A stretch of DNA of 64,000 nt from an uncultured Chloroflexia bacterium (GCA_963772995.1 CAVYZQ010000005.1:12409-76408); one strand, 5' to 3'; counted from the stretch's first letter, positions 30,728-43,337 are shown. The notes: generated from the letters alone by a model not told the origin. Numbers and translations are program-made.

Positions 30728-31917
30728 CGGATCGCCACCGGGTAACGCCCGTACGTCTCGACCGCGTCGACCATCGCCAGGATGTTCGCGGCCGGCACGT
30801 CGTTCATGATCGTGTGGACCGAGGCCAGCAGGTAGCCGCCGCCCGGCCCCGAGCTCGCCGATCACGCGGCGGACCTCGGCCGTGACCTCGTCGGGCGTCC
30901 CGTGCGGCAGCACGCGCTGGGTGTCGATCGCCGCCGCAGAACGACCAGGGCGTCGCCATAGCGCCGCTTGAGCGTCGCGAGGTCGGCCATCTTGCCGGCC
31001 GAGGTCTGGATCGGGTTCAGGATGTCGACCCCGATCTCGACGAGGTCGTCGAGCAGCGGGAAGACGTCGCCGTCGGTGTGGAAGAAGACCTTGGCCGTCG
31101 TCCGCCGCCGGATCGAGGCGATGCAGCTCGGCGTGGATCGGCTTGAGCATCGACCGATACATCGCCGGCGACATCAGCAGGCTCTGCTGGGTCCCGAGGT
31201 CGTCGCCGATCTTGACGATGTCGATGGTGTCGCCGACCGCATCGAGGACGTGGCCCATGAGGCGCTCGCACAGCCCGCCGATCGCGCCGCAGGAGCGCCT
31301 CGGCGAATTCCGGATCGAGCGCCGCGTTCATCAGGAAGCGATCCATCCCCTGCATCGCGAACGCCCGCTCGAGCGGGAACAGGAGCCACGGCGTCGGCCA
31401 TGATCGCGTACTCGCCCTCGGCGGCGAGCCGGGCGGCCTCGGCGCGCCATGTGGGCGACGCGCGTCGGGTCGTCCATGTCGGGCCACGGATATCGCTCGA
31501 TCGCGTCGACGGTCGTCGCATCGGCGAGCGGCTCGACCATCGGGAACCACTCGCCGGGGGCGATCTCGACCGCCCCGGAGCCCCACGAGTTGACGTAGTC
31601 GCTGTGCGGCGGGCGCGTCCGGTTGCGCTCGAGCACGGCGGCCGGCTCGAGGTCGAGCACCGCCGCGAACGTCGCCGTGCAGGCGCCGGAGGGTCGGCCT
31701 CGTCCACGGCCGCCGTCCCGAGCTCGGGCCAGTCGTACAGCCAGGCGTCGGGCGCCTCGATGCCGAGCATCCGCTTGAGGTCGCGGTACGGCGTCATCTT
31801 GATGCCGGTCGCGTTGCTGACCCCGATCACGATCGGGACGCGGTCGGGCTCCTCGTGGGCAAGCGCGGTCAGGACGCGCTCGCGGGACGTCATCACCATG
31901 GACCGATCGTCGGTCAT
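30724..31917 (-). pseudogene. URO-D superfamily (MtaA/CmuA-type) methylcobamide methyltransferase, at least 5 frame hops
   Basis: Pieces from ORFs 31174..31917 (MTSRERVLTALAHEEPDRVPI…), 31331..31975, 31017..31586 (…WLLFPLERAFAMQGMDRFLMNAALDPEFAEALL…) and 30572..31258 (…IVKIGDDLGTQQSLLMSPAMYRSMLKPIHAEL…; …FHTDGDVFPLLDDLVEIGVDILNPIQ… after hops). Ends …YGRYPVAIR. Confidence 0.7.
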
Positions 31918-32112
31918 CGCGAGCTGCCGCGCGACAGGGCCAGATGGCCCGTGTCGAGCCGCCGTCAGCCGTCATCGAGCAGCCGTCGCCGCCAGCTCCA
32001 GCAGGGCCGGCAATGCCACGACGACCAGGAAGCCGGCGAGCGCCAGCAGGCTCGCGGTGCGAACGACCTCGGACCGGACCGGATGCGGCTGCAGCGACTG
32101 CATGGCTGGCCC

Positions 32113-33249
32113 TCAGAACATCTCGTCGAGCGTCACGAACGTGAAGCCCTTGTCCGACAGGCCGGACACGATCCGGGGCAGCGCCTTGAAGGTCTCGTAT
32201 CCGCCCAGGTGCATCAGCACGATCGAGCCGCCCTGGGCGTTGGCCAGGACCTTGTCGACGATCTGGTCGGCCGTGGGTCCCGGCGGGTCGTTCACGATCG
32301 GTCGCCAGTCGATCGTGTCGACGTCCCAGAGGACGGTCTTCGAGTAGCCCGCCGATCCGACGGTCGCCAGTGTCTCCGTGTCGTATCCGCCATACGGCGG
32401 CCGGAAGAACGGCCGCGGATCCTGGGAGCAGTACGGAGCGACGGCTTCCTCGGTGCGGTGGAGCTGGCTCAGCATCTGGGACGCGGTCAGGTCCCGGAAG
32501 TCGGGATGCGAGTACGAGTGATTGCCGAGCGTGAACAGCTCGGGGTGGGCTTCGATCCGCGCGAGCACCTGGCGGCCCGCGGTCGTGCCGGCCATCGCGC
32601 CGGTCATGAAGATCGAGGCATGGACCCGTGGTCGACCAGCCAGTCGACGATGGCGAGCGCGTCCCCCACCCGTCCGCCCATGTCGAAGGTCAGGGCGACC
32701 GAGTCGCGCGAGCGGGACCCATGCCGGACGATGGTGCTCGGGGTGGCGGCGTCGGCGTGGGCGTGGGTCGTGGCGTGGCGCTGGGCGTGGGGCGCGGGGT
32801 GGGTTTGGGGGTCGGGCGCGGCGTCGCGTGGGGTCGGGGGTCGCGGGCGGCGCGGGTCGCGGTCGGGCGGGGTCGGTGTCGCGGTCGGGCGCGGGGTCGC
32901 GGGGCGTCGCGGCGTCGCGGTCGGGCCTGGGGTCGCGGTGCCCGCGGGCGCGCGGTCGCGGTCTCAGCCGGCGCCACGCTGGCCAGCGGCGTCGTGACCG
33001 GCGGGACGGTCGAGGTGGCCGTGGACGCCGGCGTCGTGCTGCGAGTCGGCGCCACGGTCGGGTTCGCGCTGGCGGTCGGCGTGGCTGGACCGGATGCATT
33101 GGCCTGGCCCGTCGGGTGACGACGCCGGGGACGGCGATGCTCCGGGCACCGACAACGCACGACGCGAGGACGACGATGCTCGCCAGCCCGAGCACTGACA
33201 GCCGCCCCCCGAAGCCCGTGACGGGACGCCCGCGAACGATGCGATCCAT
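32113..33249 (-). pseudogene. Secreted/anchored polysaccharide deacetylase (NodB homology domain) with Pro/Thr-rich linker, at least 3 frame hops
   Basis: N-terminal MDRIVRGRPVTGFGGRLSVLGLASIVVLASCVVG. The PT-rich linker is readable only in the frame of ORF 32690..33958. NodB motifs LTFDMGG, HSYSHP and RPPYG lie in ORF 32113..33426. One hop is a shortened C run at 32625-32627 (…DWLVDHG|VHASIFMTG…). Confidence 0.8.
32740..32960 (-). repeat. GC-rich low-complexity tract encoding the Pro/Thr(/Arg) linker of the deacetylase
   Basis: Reiterated GGGTCGCGG/GGCGTGG-type units on the plus strand. Translates as TPRPTPKPTPRPTPSATPRPTPTPTPPP in one minus-strand frame. Confidence 0.6.
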
Positions 33250-33437
33250 GGCCCACCACCATGGCCAGCATGGCTGAGATGCCCTCTCGCTGGAACTGCC
33301 ATCGGCACTGAAAGTGGACCGCTCCGATGGCCCGAAAGCGTCTGCCGTTCTCCGAGCACCTTCGTCCGCGCCCGCGCCGGGTGGCCGCCGGAGCGGATAG
33401 CCGCGGAGAACACTTGCGCGGCTCACTACGCGTCATG

Positions 33438-33443
33438 TAGATT
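33438..33443 (+). promoter_or_regulatory. Candidate -10 hexamer (TAGATT) for a leaderless marR transcript
   Basis: An unusually AT-rich patch (33434-33466, GTCATGTAGATTATCAACGTGCCATCGAATATCA) in GC-rich DNA. TAGATT ends 6 nt before GTG 33450. Inference only. Confidence 0.3.
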
Positions 33444-33449
33444 ATCAAC

Positions 33450-34009
33450 GTGCCATCGAATATCAGCGCGAGATCCGCCGCCCCGTCTGCCCGCGACCTC
33501 CGCCATCGCAAGACCTGCCGCCCCGGGCGACGCTCGTCGCCGACGTCGTCCGCGAGCTCACCTCGTGGAACCCGCGCGAGTGGACCCGCGCACTGCGGCA
33601 CTGGCACCGAGGGTCGATCAGCCTCGTCCATCTCGACGTCCTGATGGTGCTCGAGGACGCCGGCCCGATCTCCATGGGCCACCTGGCCGAGCTCCTCGAC
33701 GTGTCGGTCGCCAGCGCGACCGGGATCGTCGGCCGGATGGAGAACCGCGGCCTTGTCGTGCGGCGCCACGGCGAATCGGACCGTCGCGTCGTGGTCGTCG
33801 ACCGGTCCCCCGCCGGTGAGCAGATCTTCCGCGATATCGATGCGCGTCGGCGCGAAGGCCTGAACAAGCTGCTCGAGACCCTCACCGACGAGGAGCTGGC
33901 GGCGCTCCTCACCGGCCATCGCGCCCTCCAGGCGGCGCGCATCGCCTACATCGCGCAACGCAAGGCGGAGGATGAGATGCAGCCCGAGGAAGCAGGACCC
34001 CGCGGATGA
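33450..34009 (+). pseudogene. MarR family transcriptional regulator, probable frame hop near 33525
   Basis: ORF 33644..34009 holds only the C-terminal two thirds (wHTH ISMGHLAELLDVSVASATGIVGRMENRGLVVRRHGESDRRVV). The missing N-terminal helix (…VADVVRELTSWNPREWTRALRHW…) is in the same frame upstream without an ATG/GTG. GTG 33450 is in another frame, joined at CCCCGGG 33521-33527. A non-canonical start without a frameshift is an alternative. Confidence 0.7.
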
Positions 34010-35761
34010 TCGCCCTCCTGCGCACCTACCTGCGGCCGTACGCCCGCCCGATCGCCCTGATCGTCGGCCTGACGCTGGTCACCGCGATCGGCAACCTCTA
34101 CCTGCCCACGCTCAACGGCGAGATCATCAACGAGGGCGTCGCCAAGGGGGACACCGCGTTCATCATCCAGACCGGCGGGCTGATGCTCCTGGTGACGCTC
34201 GTCCTCGGCGTGACCTCGATCGTCGCGGTGTACTTCAGCGCGCGGAGCGCGATGGGTCTCGGACGCGACCTCCGCCGGGCGATCTTCCGCAAGGTCGAGA
34301 CCTTCTCCCAGGTCGAAATGAACACGTTCGGCCCGGCGTCGCTCATCACCCGCAACACGAACGACGTCCTTCAGGTCCAGACGGTCGTGTTCATGCTCCT
34401 GACCGTGATGATCACGGCGCCGATCATGGCCGTCGGCGGGATCATCCTCGCGGTCCGCCAGGACGGCCCGCTGTCGCTCCTGCTGGTGGTCGTCCTGCCG
34501 ATCATGGCCATCTTCATCGGCACGGTCATGTCCCGGGCCATCCCGCTCTTCCGCGCCATGCAGGTCAAGCTCGACCGGATCAACCAGGTCATGCGCGAGA
34601 CGCTGGCCGGCATCCGGGTCATCCGGGCCTTCGTCCGGACGCGGCCACGAGGAAGTGCGTTTCGACGACGCCAACCGCGACCTGTTCGACACGTCGCTCC
34701 GGGTCAACCGGCTGTTCGCGGTGACCATCCCGGTGATGATGCTGATCCTCAACCTGTCGACCGTCGCGGCGATGTGGTTCGGGGCCATCCGGGTCGACAG
34801 CGGCGCGATGTCGATCGGGAACCTGACGGCTTTCCTGCAGTACCTCATGCAGATCCTGTTCTCGGTGCTGATGGCCGTCTTCCTGTTCGTGTTCGTGCCC
34901 CGCGCCGCCGTGTCCGCCGGTCGCATCAAGGAAGTCCTCGACACCCAGCCGCTCATCCACGACCCGGTGCGCCCGGTCGCCCTGCCGATCCCGGATCCGA
35001 AGGCCAGGCTCGGCGGCCGGATCGAGCTCCGCGGCGTCGAGTTCCGCTACCCGGGAGCCGAGGACCCGGTCCTTCGGGACGTCTCGCTTCGAGGCGCTGC
35101 CGGGCCAGACGCTGGCCGATCGTGGGCAGCACGGGCAGCGGCAAGTCCACGCTCGTCAACCTGCTGCCGCGCCTCTACGACGCGACGTCCGGGAGCGGTC
35201 CTGGTGGACGGCGTCGACGTCCGCGACGTGGACCGAGGCGACCTGTGGCAGCACATCTCGTTCATCCCCCAGAAGGCGTTCCTGTTCACCGGCACGGTCG
35301 CGAGCAACCTGCGCTACGGCGACCAGGAGGCCACCGACGAGGAGCTCTGGAAGGCGCTCGAGATCGCCCAGGGCGCGCGACTTCGTCGAGGAGATGGAGG
35401 GTGGCCTCGAGGCCCCGATCAGCCAGGGTGGCGCCAACCTGTCGGGCGGCCAGCGCCAGCGCCTCGCCATCGCCCGGGCGATCGTGAAGCACGCCGAGAT
35501 CTTCATCTTCGACGACGCTTCTCCGCGCTCGACTACGCGACCGACGCGCGCCTGCGCGCCGCGCTCGCACGGGAGCTCGGCTGGGCGACCGTCGTCATCG
35601 TGGCGCAGCGGGTCGGCACGATCATGGGCGCCGACCGGATCCTGGTCATGGACGCCGGACGGATCGTCGGCAGCGGCACCCACACCGAGCTGCTCGATTC
35701 GAACGAGACCTATCGCGAGATCGTGTACTCGCAGCTGTCCGCGGAAGAGGCGGTCGCGTGA
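34006..35761 (+). pseudogene. ABC exporter, fused permease/ATPase (type I, MdlA/MsbA-like), at least 5 frame hops
   Basis: ATGA overlap with the marR stop. TMD in ORF 34006..35487 and ORF 34655..35761. Walker A GSTGSGKSTL, signature LSGGQRQRLAIARA, Walker B IFIFDD, and the H-loop region are each found in different frames. Confidence 0.85.
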
Positions 35762-37777
35762 GCGGGCCGCGACCGCGGAGGAGCGCCTGGCGGGCCTCCG
35801 GCCGGGCTGGGACGCGGGCCGGGCGCCCGCGCCCGGACCCGGCGATGCGCCGCGGCCCCGGGATGATGGGCATGGGGATGGGCACCGGCGAGAAGTCGAA
35901 GAACTTCCGGCGTCTCCTTCGGACGCCTGCTCGGTCGCCTCCGCCCGGAGGCGACCGCTCATCCTGCTGGTCATCGGCCTTGCCGTGGTCAGCGTCTTCT
36001 TCGCCATCCTCGGGCCGAAGATCCTGGGCGAGGCGACCAACATCATCTTCGACGGCGTCGTCGGCAAGCAGATCCCGGCCGGGCTGACCCAGGAGCAGGC
36101 GGTCGCCGGGTTGCGCGCCACCGGCCAGGACCAGCTGGCCGACATGCTCTCGAGCATGACCGTGACGCCCGGCCAGGGCGTCGACTTCGGCGCCCTGGCC
36201 CAGGTCCTCGCTCCTGCTGGCCGGCGTCTACATCCTGCAGCTCGATCTTCTGCTGGGGACAGGCCTGGATCATGGCCGGCGTCACCCAGCGGACCGTCTA
36301 CCGGCTTCGCCGCGACGTGGACGAGAAGCTCGCCCGGCTGCCGTTGAGCTACTTCGACGGACACGCCCGGGGCGACCTCCTGAGCCGCGTCACCAACGAC
36401 ATCGACAACATCGGCCAGACGCTCCAGCAGAGCCTGACCCAGCTCATCACCTCGCTCCTGACCGTGATCGGCGTGCTCATCATGATGTTCACGATCAGCC
36501 CGATCCTCGCGGTCATCTCGCTGCTGAGCGTCCCGGTCTCGATCGCGGTGACGATCCTCATCGCCAGCCGTTCGCAGAAGCAGTTCGTCGCCCAGTGGGC
36601 CTCGACCGGCGCCCTCAACGGCCACGTCGAGGAGATGCATACCGGCCACTCCATCGTCAAGCTCTTCGGCCGCCAGGAGGAGGCGATCGAACGCTTCGCC
36701 GAGGAGAACGACCGGCTGTACGAGGCGAGCTATCGCGCGCAGTTCATCAGCGGCATCATCCAGCCGGCGATGCAGTTCATCGCCAACCTCAATTACGTCG
36801 CCATCGCGGTCATCGGCGGCCTGCGGGTCGCGTCCGGCGAGATGTCGCTCGGCGACGTCATCGCGTTCATCTCGTACTCCCGCCAGTTCACGATGCCGAT
36901 CGTCCAGGTCGCGAGCATCGCCAACGTCCTCCAGTCCGCCGCCGCCTCTGCCGAGCGCGTCTTCGAGCTCCTCGACGAGGCCGAGGAGGTCCCCGACCCG
37001 GTCGCGCCGCACGTCCTCACCGCGGCCCGCGGCGCCGTCGGGTTCGAGGACGTCTCGTTCCGCTATCTGCCCGACGTTCCGCTCATCGAGCGACCTCGAC
37101 CTCATCGCCGACGCCGGCGAGACGGTCGCCATCGTCGGACCGACCGGCGCCGGCAAGACGACCCTCGTCAACCTGCTGATGCGCTTCTACGACGTGGACG
37201 GCGGCCGGATCACGGTCGACGGCATCGACACGCGGGACCTGACCCGCGAACGACCTGCGCCATACCTTCGGGATGGTCCTGCAGGACACGTGGCTGTTCC
37301 ACGGGACGATCCGCGAGAACATCGCCTACGGGCGCGACGGCGCGACCGAGGAGGAGATCGTCGCGGCCGCCGAGGCCGCGCACGTCGACCACTTCGTGCG
37401 GACGCTGCCCGACGGCTACGACACGGTCATCGACGACGACGCCACGAGCGTGTCGGCCGGCGAGAAGCAGCTCCTGACGATCGCCCGCGCGTTCCTCGCC
37501 GATCCCGACGATCCTCATCCTCGACGAGGCGACGAGCTCGGTCGACACCCGGACCGAGGTCCTCATCCAGCGCGCGATGGCTCGGCTGATGCGCGGCCGG
37601 ACGACCTTCGTGATCGCCCACCGCCTCTCCACGATCCGCGACGCCCACACGATCCTGGTCATGGACCGCGGCGCGATCGTCGAGCAGGGCACCCACGACG
37701 GCCTGCTTGCCCGCGGCGGCTTCTACGCGGACCTGTACCACAGCCAGTTCGCCGCGGCGCTCGACGAGGCTTCCTGA
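35758..37777 (+). pseudogene. ABC exporter partner subunit, fused permease/ATPase, at least 5 frame hops
   Basis: GTGA overlap with the upstream stop. TMD in ORFs 35394..36347 and 36272..37477. Walker [11 protein letters not shown], signature [35 protein letters not shown] (ORFs 37179, 37273, 37577). Confidence 0.85.
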
Positions 37778-37883
37778 CCGAAGGCCAGCCGCGGACGGGC
37801 CGACCGACGGGGGCTGCCCCCGGCGTCCCCACCGCCGGCCGCCCCGGTGTGATGGCCCGCGACTGGACGCCTCCGGCGCCACA

Positions 37884-39118
37884 ATGGGGCCGGTGGACAC
37901 GACCGCGAAGCCCGGCCAGGTTGACGCGCGGCACGGCTCGGTCGTCGAGGTCCTCCTGGCCGCGCTTCGGCTCGGGGCTCACGTCGTTCGGCGGACCGGT
38001 GGCTCACATCGGCTACTTCCGTCGCGAATACGTCGAGCGACGCGGATGGCTGGACGAGGCGACGTTCGGCGACCTCGTGGCGCTGTGCCAGTCGCTTCCG
38101 GGACCCGCCAGCAGCCAGCTGGGCATCGCCATCGGGACGCTCACGCGCGGGCATGGCCGGCGGGCTCGCGGCGTGGATCGGCTTCACGCTCCCGTCCGCG
38201 GCGGCGCTCGTGGCGTTCGCGCTCCTGACGGGCCCGTGGACGTCTCGACAGGCGGGCTGGGTCCACGGCCTCAAGGTCGCCACCGTGGCGGTCGTCGCCC
38301 AGGCGGTCTTCCTGATGTCGCGGTCGCTGACCCCCGACTGGCGCCGCCGGTCGCTCGCCGCGATCGCGGCGGTCGTGGTCCTGGCGTGGCCCACGCCTCT
38401 CGCCCAGTCGGCGGTCATCCTCGGCGGCGGCATCGCCGGATGGTTCATCGTCCCGCGCGCGGCGTCGGTCGTCGTGGGCACGGCCCATCGGAGTCCGATC
38501 ACGCGCCCGGCGGGCATCGGCTTCCTGGTCCTGTTCGGCGGCCTGCTGGCCGGGCTCGCGCTCGTCCGCGCAAGCGGCGACGACCACGCGCGTCGCGTTC
38601 ATCGACGCGTACTACCGAGCGGGCTCGCTCGTCTTCGGGGGCGGCCATGTCGTCCTGCCGCTGCTCCACGCGAGCGTCGTGGACCCGGGCTGGGTCAGCG
38701 ACGACCGGTTCCTGGCCGGATATGGGGCAGCGCAGGCGGTGCCGGGGCCACTCTTCACGTTCGCGGCCTACCTCGGCACGGTCTCGCGTGGGGTCCCCGT
38801 CCGGGCGTGCCCGGGGCGGCGATCGCGCTCGTGGCCATCTTCCTGCCGTCCTTCCTTCTGGTCTTCGGCACACTGCCGTTCTGGGACCTCCTCCGCCGGT
38901 CCGAGGGCACCAGGCGAGCGCTTGCCGGTGCCAACGCCGCGGTCGTCGGGCTCCTGCTTGCCGCGCTCGTGACGCCCGTCTGGACGTCGGCGATCGCCGG
39001 CCCGGCGGACGTGGTCCTGGCCGCGGCCGCACTGGCGGCGCTCCTGTCGGGCCGGGTCCCGGTGGTCCTGGTGATCGCTGGGGCGGCCGCGATCGGACAG
39101 GTCCTGGCCGGCATCTAG
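37884..39118 (+). pseudogene. chrA: Chromate ion transporter (CHR family), at least 4 frame hops
   Basis: ATG 37884. [49 protein letters not shown] and a second-half repeat [14 protein letters not shown]…[18 protein letters not shown], from ORFs 37707, 37273, 38153 and 38679. Confidence 0.8.
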
Positions 39119-39377
39119 ACGGACGGCCGGGCAGTGCGAACCGCGACGCGGTCGCTCAGAGGCCGAAGGTGGTGCACAACCGCACCGGATATCTGGCCCA
39201 TGCCGGCGCAACGGATCGATTGTCCGCGAACGCGGGGCAGAAGGGTACGGAATGATGGACTTCGGAAGGGTCCGTCGCGCATAATCCGATGTCTTCGGAG
39301 CGCGCCACCCGAGCTGGTGTCCCCAGACCTCGCCAGCCCGTGGGCGCCCCTTGCCATGGCTAGGGAGGGTTCCTTGC

Positions 39378-42300
39378 ATGGGTATCCAGGCATTCGCTGA
39401 CGCGCGCCGACGCTGGCTCGTCGCGTTCAGCACCGTAGCCATCGTCCTGTCGCTATTCCCGGGCGCGACTCAACGCGGCGGCGCCCGCTGGGATAGCGGC
39501 GTTCCATCCGGTCGGCGGCGATCCGGAGGTCACCCCGGGCCGCGCCCGCGAAGAGCCGCTCGAAGGCCAGAAGGAGGACGAGGACGAGTTCCTCCTCAAG
39601 CAGGAGGACGCGACGACGACCCGCCGGCTCGCCGGCGACCGAACCTCTCGATCGATCAGGCGGCCGGGCATCGCAACGCCGCCGCCGACGCGGCGAAGGC
39701 GCTCAAGAAGACCAAGCCGCCGATCTCGCCGGTCACGTTCAATGGTCCGTGGACCGAGATCAGCCCGAACCCCATCGTCCAGGTGAACCGCGGGAGCAAT
39801 ACCTTCTACGCGGTGTCCGGGCGCGTCAGCGCCCTGGCGATCCGGCCGAGCAACGGCCAGAAGATCCTCGGCGGCGCGCAGGGCGGCATCTGGACTACGA
39901 CGAGGCGACGGGCACCTGGATCCCGCGGACGGACGACCAGAACACCCTGTCGATCGGCGCCATCGCGATCGCCCCGACCAACGACGCCATCGTCTATGCC
40001 GGGACCGGCGAGGGCAACCTGTCAGGTGACAGCTACTTCGGCCACGGTTTCCTGAAGTCCACCGACGGCGGCATCCACTGGGCGCCGATCGGCGGTGACA
40101 CGTTCACCGGCGTTTCGATCTCCAAGATCGCCATCGACCCGACGAACGCGAACCACCTGTGGGCCTCCGTCATCCGCGGCCGGGCCGGCAACCGGCGCCA
40201 GACCCCGCCGGATACGTCGAAGTACGGCATCTGGGAGTCGAAGGACGGCGGCGCCAAGTGGAAGAACCTCATGAACGTCAAGAACGAGCTCCACGGCGCG
40301 ACCGAGGTCGTCGGTCGATCCGCAGAACCCGAACCTGCTCTACGCCTCGTTCTGGGGCGACGCGATCTACCGCTCGACGGACGGCGGCAAGCACTGGAAC
40401 AAGTTCATGGCCGGCATCCCGGCCAACGCCACCTTCGGGACCGGCGGTGGCACCCGGTTCGCCCTCGGCATCTCGCATCCGGCCGGCCAGCCGTCGGTGC
40501 TGTACGCCGGGTTCGAGTGGACGATCGATGGCGTCGGACCAGCCGTCGCAGATCTGGAAGTCCGTCGACGGCGGCGCTGGCAGCTCCTGCCGCACAGCGC
40601 CCCGGGCGGCGACGACATCGCCGACTACTGCGGCGGCCAGTGCTTCTACGACAACGTCATCGGCGTCGACCCGACCAACAGCGACATCGTGTACGCCCTC
40701 GGCCTGTTCAACTACGGCACGGGCGCGGGCGGCATCTTCCGCTCGGTCGACGGCGGCCAGACCTGGAAGGACCTCGGCTTCGACCTCCATCCCGACTACC
40801 ACGCGATCGCGATCGACCCGACCAACACGTCGCACGTGCTCATCGGCAACGACGGCGGCGTCTGGTACTCGGAGACGATGGGCGGCCGGCTCAACGCCAG
40901 TGATGGCGCTCGACCGGAACGACTGGGAGAACCTCAACGGCACGGTCGACCCGAACACCGCCGGCGGTCCTCCATCGGACCGGCCTGCGGATCACCCAGT
41001 TCACCAGCATCGCCAACGTCCCGACGGTCCCGGCCCGGGTATGGGGCGGGACCCAGGACAACGGCACGCTTCGCAAGTCGACGGCCAGCGCGAGCTGGTT
41101 CGACGTCGAGAGCGGCGACGGCGGCCAGGTCCTCGTCGATCCCGACCGACTTCGAACTACGTCTACGGCAACTACTTCGGCATCAGCCCGTACCGCAACG
41201 ACGACGGCGGCGGGCGTTCTTCTTCGAACGAGTTCATCACAACGGCATCGACCTCAAGGACCGGTCCGAGTTCTACGTCCCGGAGATCATGAACCAGGCA
41301 ACCCGGATCAGCTCTTCCTCGGCACGTACCGGGTCTACCGGACCGACAACGCCAAGGCCGACATCCGGCCGCCGTGCAGTGGCAGCCATCAGCCGCGACC
41401 TCACGTCGGGCTGCACCGGCGGCGCGGCGAACGGCGCACGTGGCTGCTACGTCAGCGCCCTCGGCGTGTCGAGCGGCGGCGACGGCGTGTACGCCGGCAC
41501 CCTCGAAGGCTGGGTCTGGTACAGCCCGGATGGCGTCACCAGCCTCGACCCGACGTGGACGCGAGTCGGCAAGAACATCTTCCCGAACCGCCCCGTCAGC
41601 GACTTCGCGGTCGACCGTTCGAACGACCGGATCGCCTATGCGGCGTTCAACGGCTTCAATGCGGCCACCCCGGCAGGCCGGGCCACGTCTTCAAGACGAC
41701 CGACGGCGGCAAGCACTGGAAGGACATCAGCTCGAACATCCCGGACGCGCCGGTCAACTCGCTCCATGCTCGACGCCAGCTATCCGGACACGATCTACGC
41801 CGGCACCGACGTCGGCCCGTTCGTGACGTACAACGGCGGCAAAGAGCTGGCAGCCGCTCGGCACCGGCTTCCCGACCGTCGAGATCTGGCAGCTCAACCT
41901 CGACCCGTCCAACCGCAACCTGGCGGCCGGCACGCACGGCCGCGGGGCGTGGCCGATGCATGACGCCGCCGAGATGCCCGCGCTCGTCGTCAGCAAGGCG
42001 GACGCCGGCAGCCCGGTCGCGGCCGGGCAGCCGCGATCGACTACACCATCACCCTCCACAACATCGGCAACGCCGACGCGACCGGTGTACGATCACCGAC
42101 AGGATCCCCAAGGACACGTCCTTCACCGCGCCGGCGACGGTGGCACGCTCTCACAAGGACAAGGTCACGTGGAGCGGCCTGACGGTCGCCGCCGGGCGAC
42201 AGCATGGACGTCCACTTCTCGGTCACGATCAGGACAAGCTCGGCGAAGGTCGACTCGATCGTCGACGACGGGCTGACCGTCACCTCGGCGCAGGGCATCG

Positions 42301-43310
42301 GGACGACCGGAAGCGCCGCACGTGACGCCGATCGCACCGGCCGTACGGGGTCGCGCTCGCGCCCGGCCAACCAGACCGACGGCGCGGCGCGCGGTGGCTC
42401 GGTCGACCTACACGCTCCACGTCGAAGAACATCGGCGCCAACGACGACACCTACGCGCTGGCGGCCACCGGCACGTACGCGGCGACCGTCCTCGACGCGT
42501 CGTGCACGACCCCGACAAGCTCGATCGCCCTGCCGTCGGCGGCGGCAGCGGTCGACATCTGCGTCCGGGTCGACGTCCCCGCCGGTGCGACGAACGGGGC
42601 GACCGACACGACAACCGTGACGGCAACGTCGAACGCTGACCCTCGGTCAGCGGGAGCGCGACCGTCACGACGATCGCCGTCACCGTCGGGACGCTGCTCG
42701 TCGACAACGACAACAACGAACCCCGACGTCCAGTCCTACTACACGGCGGCCCTGACGGCCGCCGGCCAGACGTTCGATGTCTGGGACCTCGACGCGAACC
42801 CGGACCTGCCGCTCGGCTTCCTGAAGGCACACCCGAACGTCGTCTGGTTCACCGGCAACTCGTATCCGGCCCCCATCGGGCCATACGAGACCAAGCTGAC
42901 GGCCTACCTTGACGGCGGCGGACGGCTGTTCATGTCGGCCAGGACATCCTCGACCAGGGCGCCGGTACGACGGACTTCGTCCACGACTACCTGCACATCG
43001 ACTGGGACGGCACCGAGACCCAGAACGACAAGGGCACCGACCACGGTGACGGCGTGGCCGGCAACCCGGTGTCCGACGGCATCGGCACCGTGCCGCTCGA
43101 CCACAGCGTCCTCGGCGCGGAGTTCGAGGACCAGATCACCCCGATCAGCCCGGCGACCCCGGCATTCACCGACGACACCGCGCCACGGACGCGCTGACCT
43201 TCGCCGGCTCCTACAAGGTCGTCTTCCTGGCCTTCCCGCTGGAGGCCTACGGGACGGCCGCCCAGAAGGCCGACCTGACGAGCCGCGTCTTCACCTTCTT
43301 CGGGCCGTAA
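39378..43310 (+). pseudogene. Very large secreted protein: BNR/Asp-box beta-propeller region, DUF11/CARDB-like repeats, C-terminal alpha/beta-like domain; at least 20 frame hops
   Basis: ATG 39378 after GGGAGGG. Signal-like MGIQAFADARRRWLVAFSTVAIVLSLFPGA. Repeated S-x-D-x-G-x-x-W motifs (STDGGIHW, SKDGGAKW, STDGGKHW, SVDGGQTW, TTDGGKHW). …ITLHNIGNADATGVTITDRIPKDT… and …YTLHVKNIGANDDTYAL… repeats. The tail ends …FLAFPLEAYGTAAQKADLTSRVFTFFGP with TAA at 43308-43310. Reading requires constant switching among all three frames. Confidence 0.75.
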
Positions 43311-43337
43311 CCGTCCGAACCAGGACCATCGCAGCAC

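Noticed and set aside
35156-37171. Long antisense or off-frame ORFs with Arg/Pro/Gly-rich products. Examples are 35156..37171(-), 8636..9994(-), 9424..11064(+), 11310..13343(+), 17529..19055(+), 50803..52533(-), 56512..58587(-) and 37273..39255(+) outside its ChrA and ABC-2 segments.
   Set aside because: Their composition is that of GC-rich non-coding frames. Each overlaps a gene on the other strand or frame that has clear catalytic motifs. None has family resemblance or an RBS.
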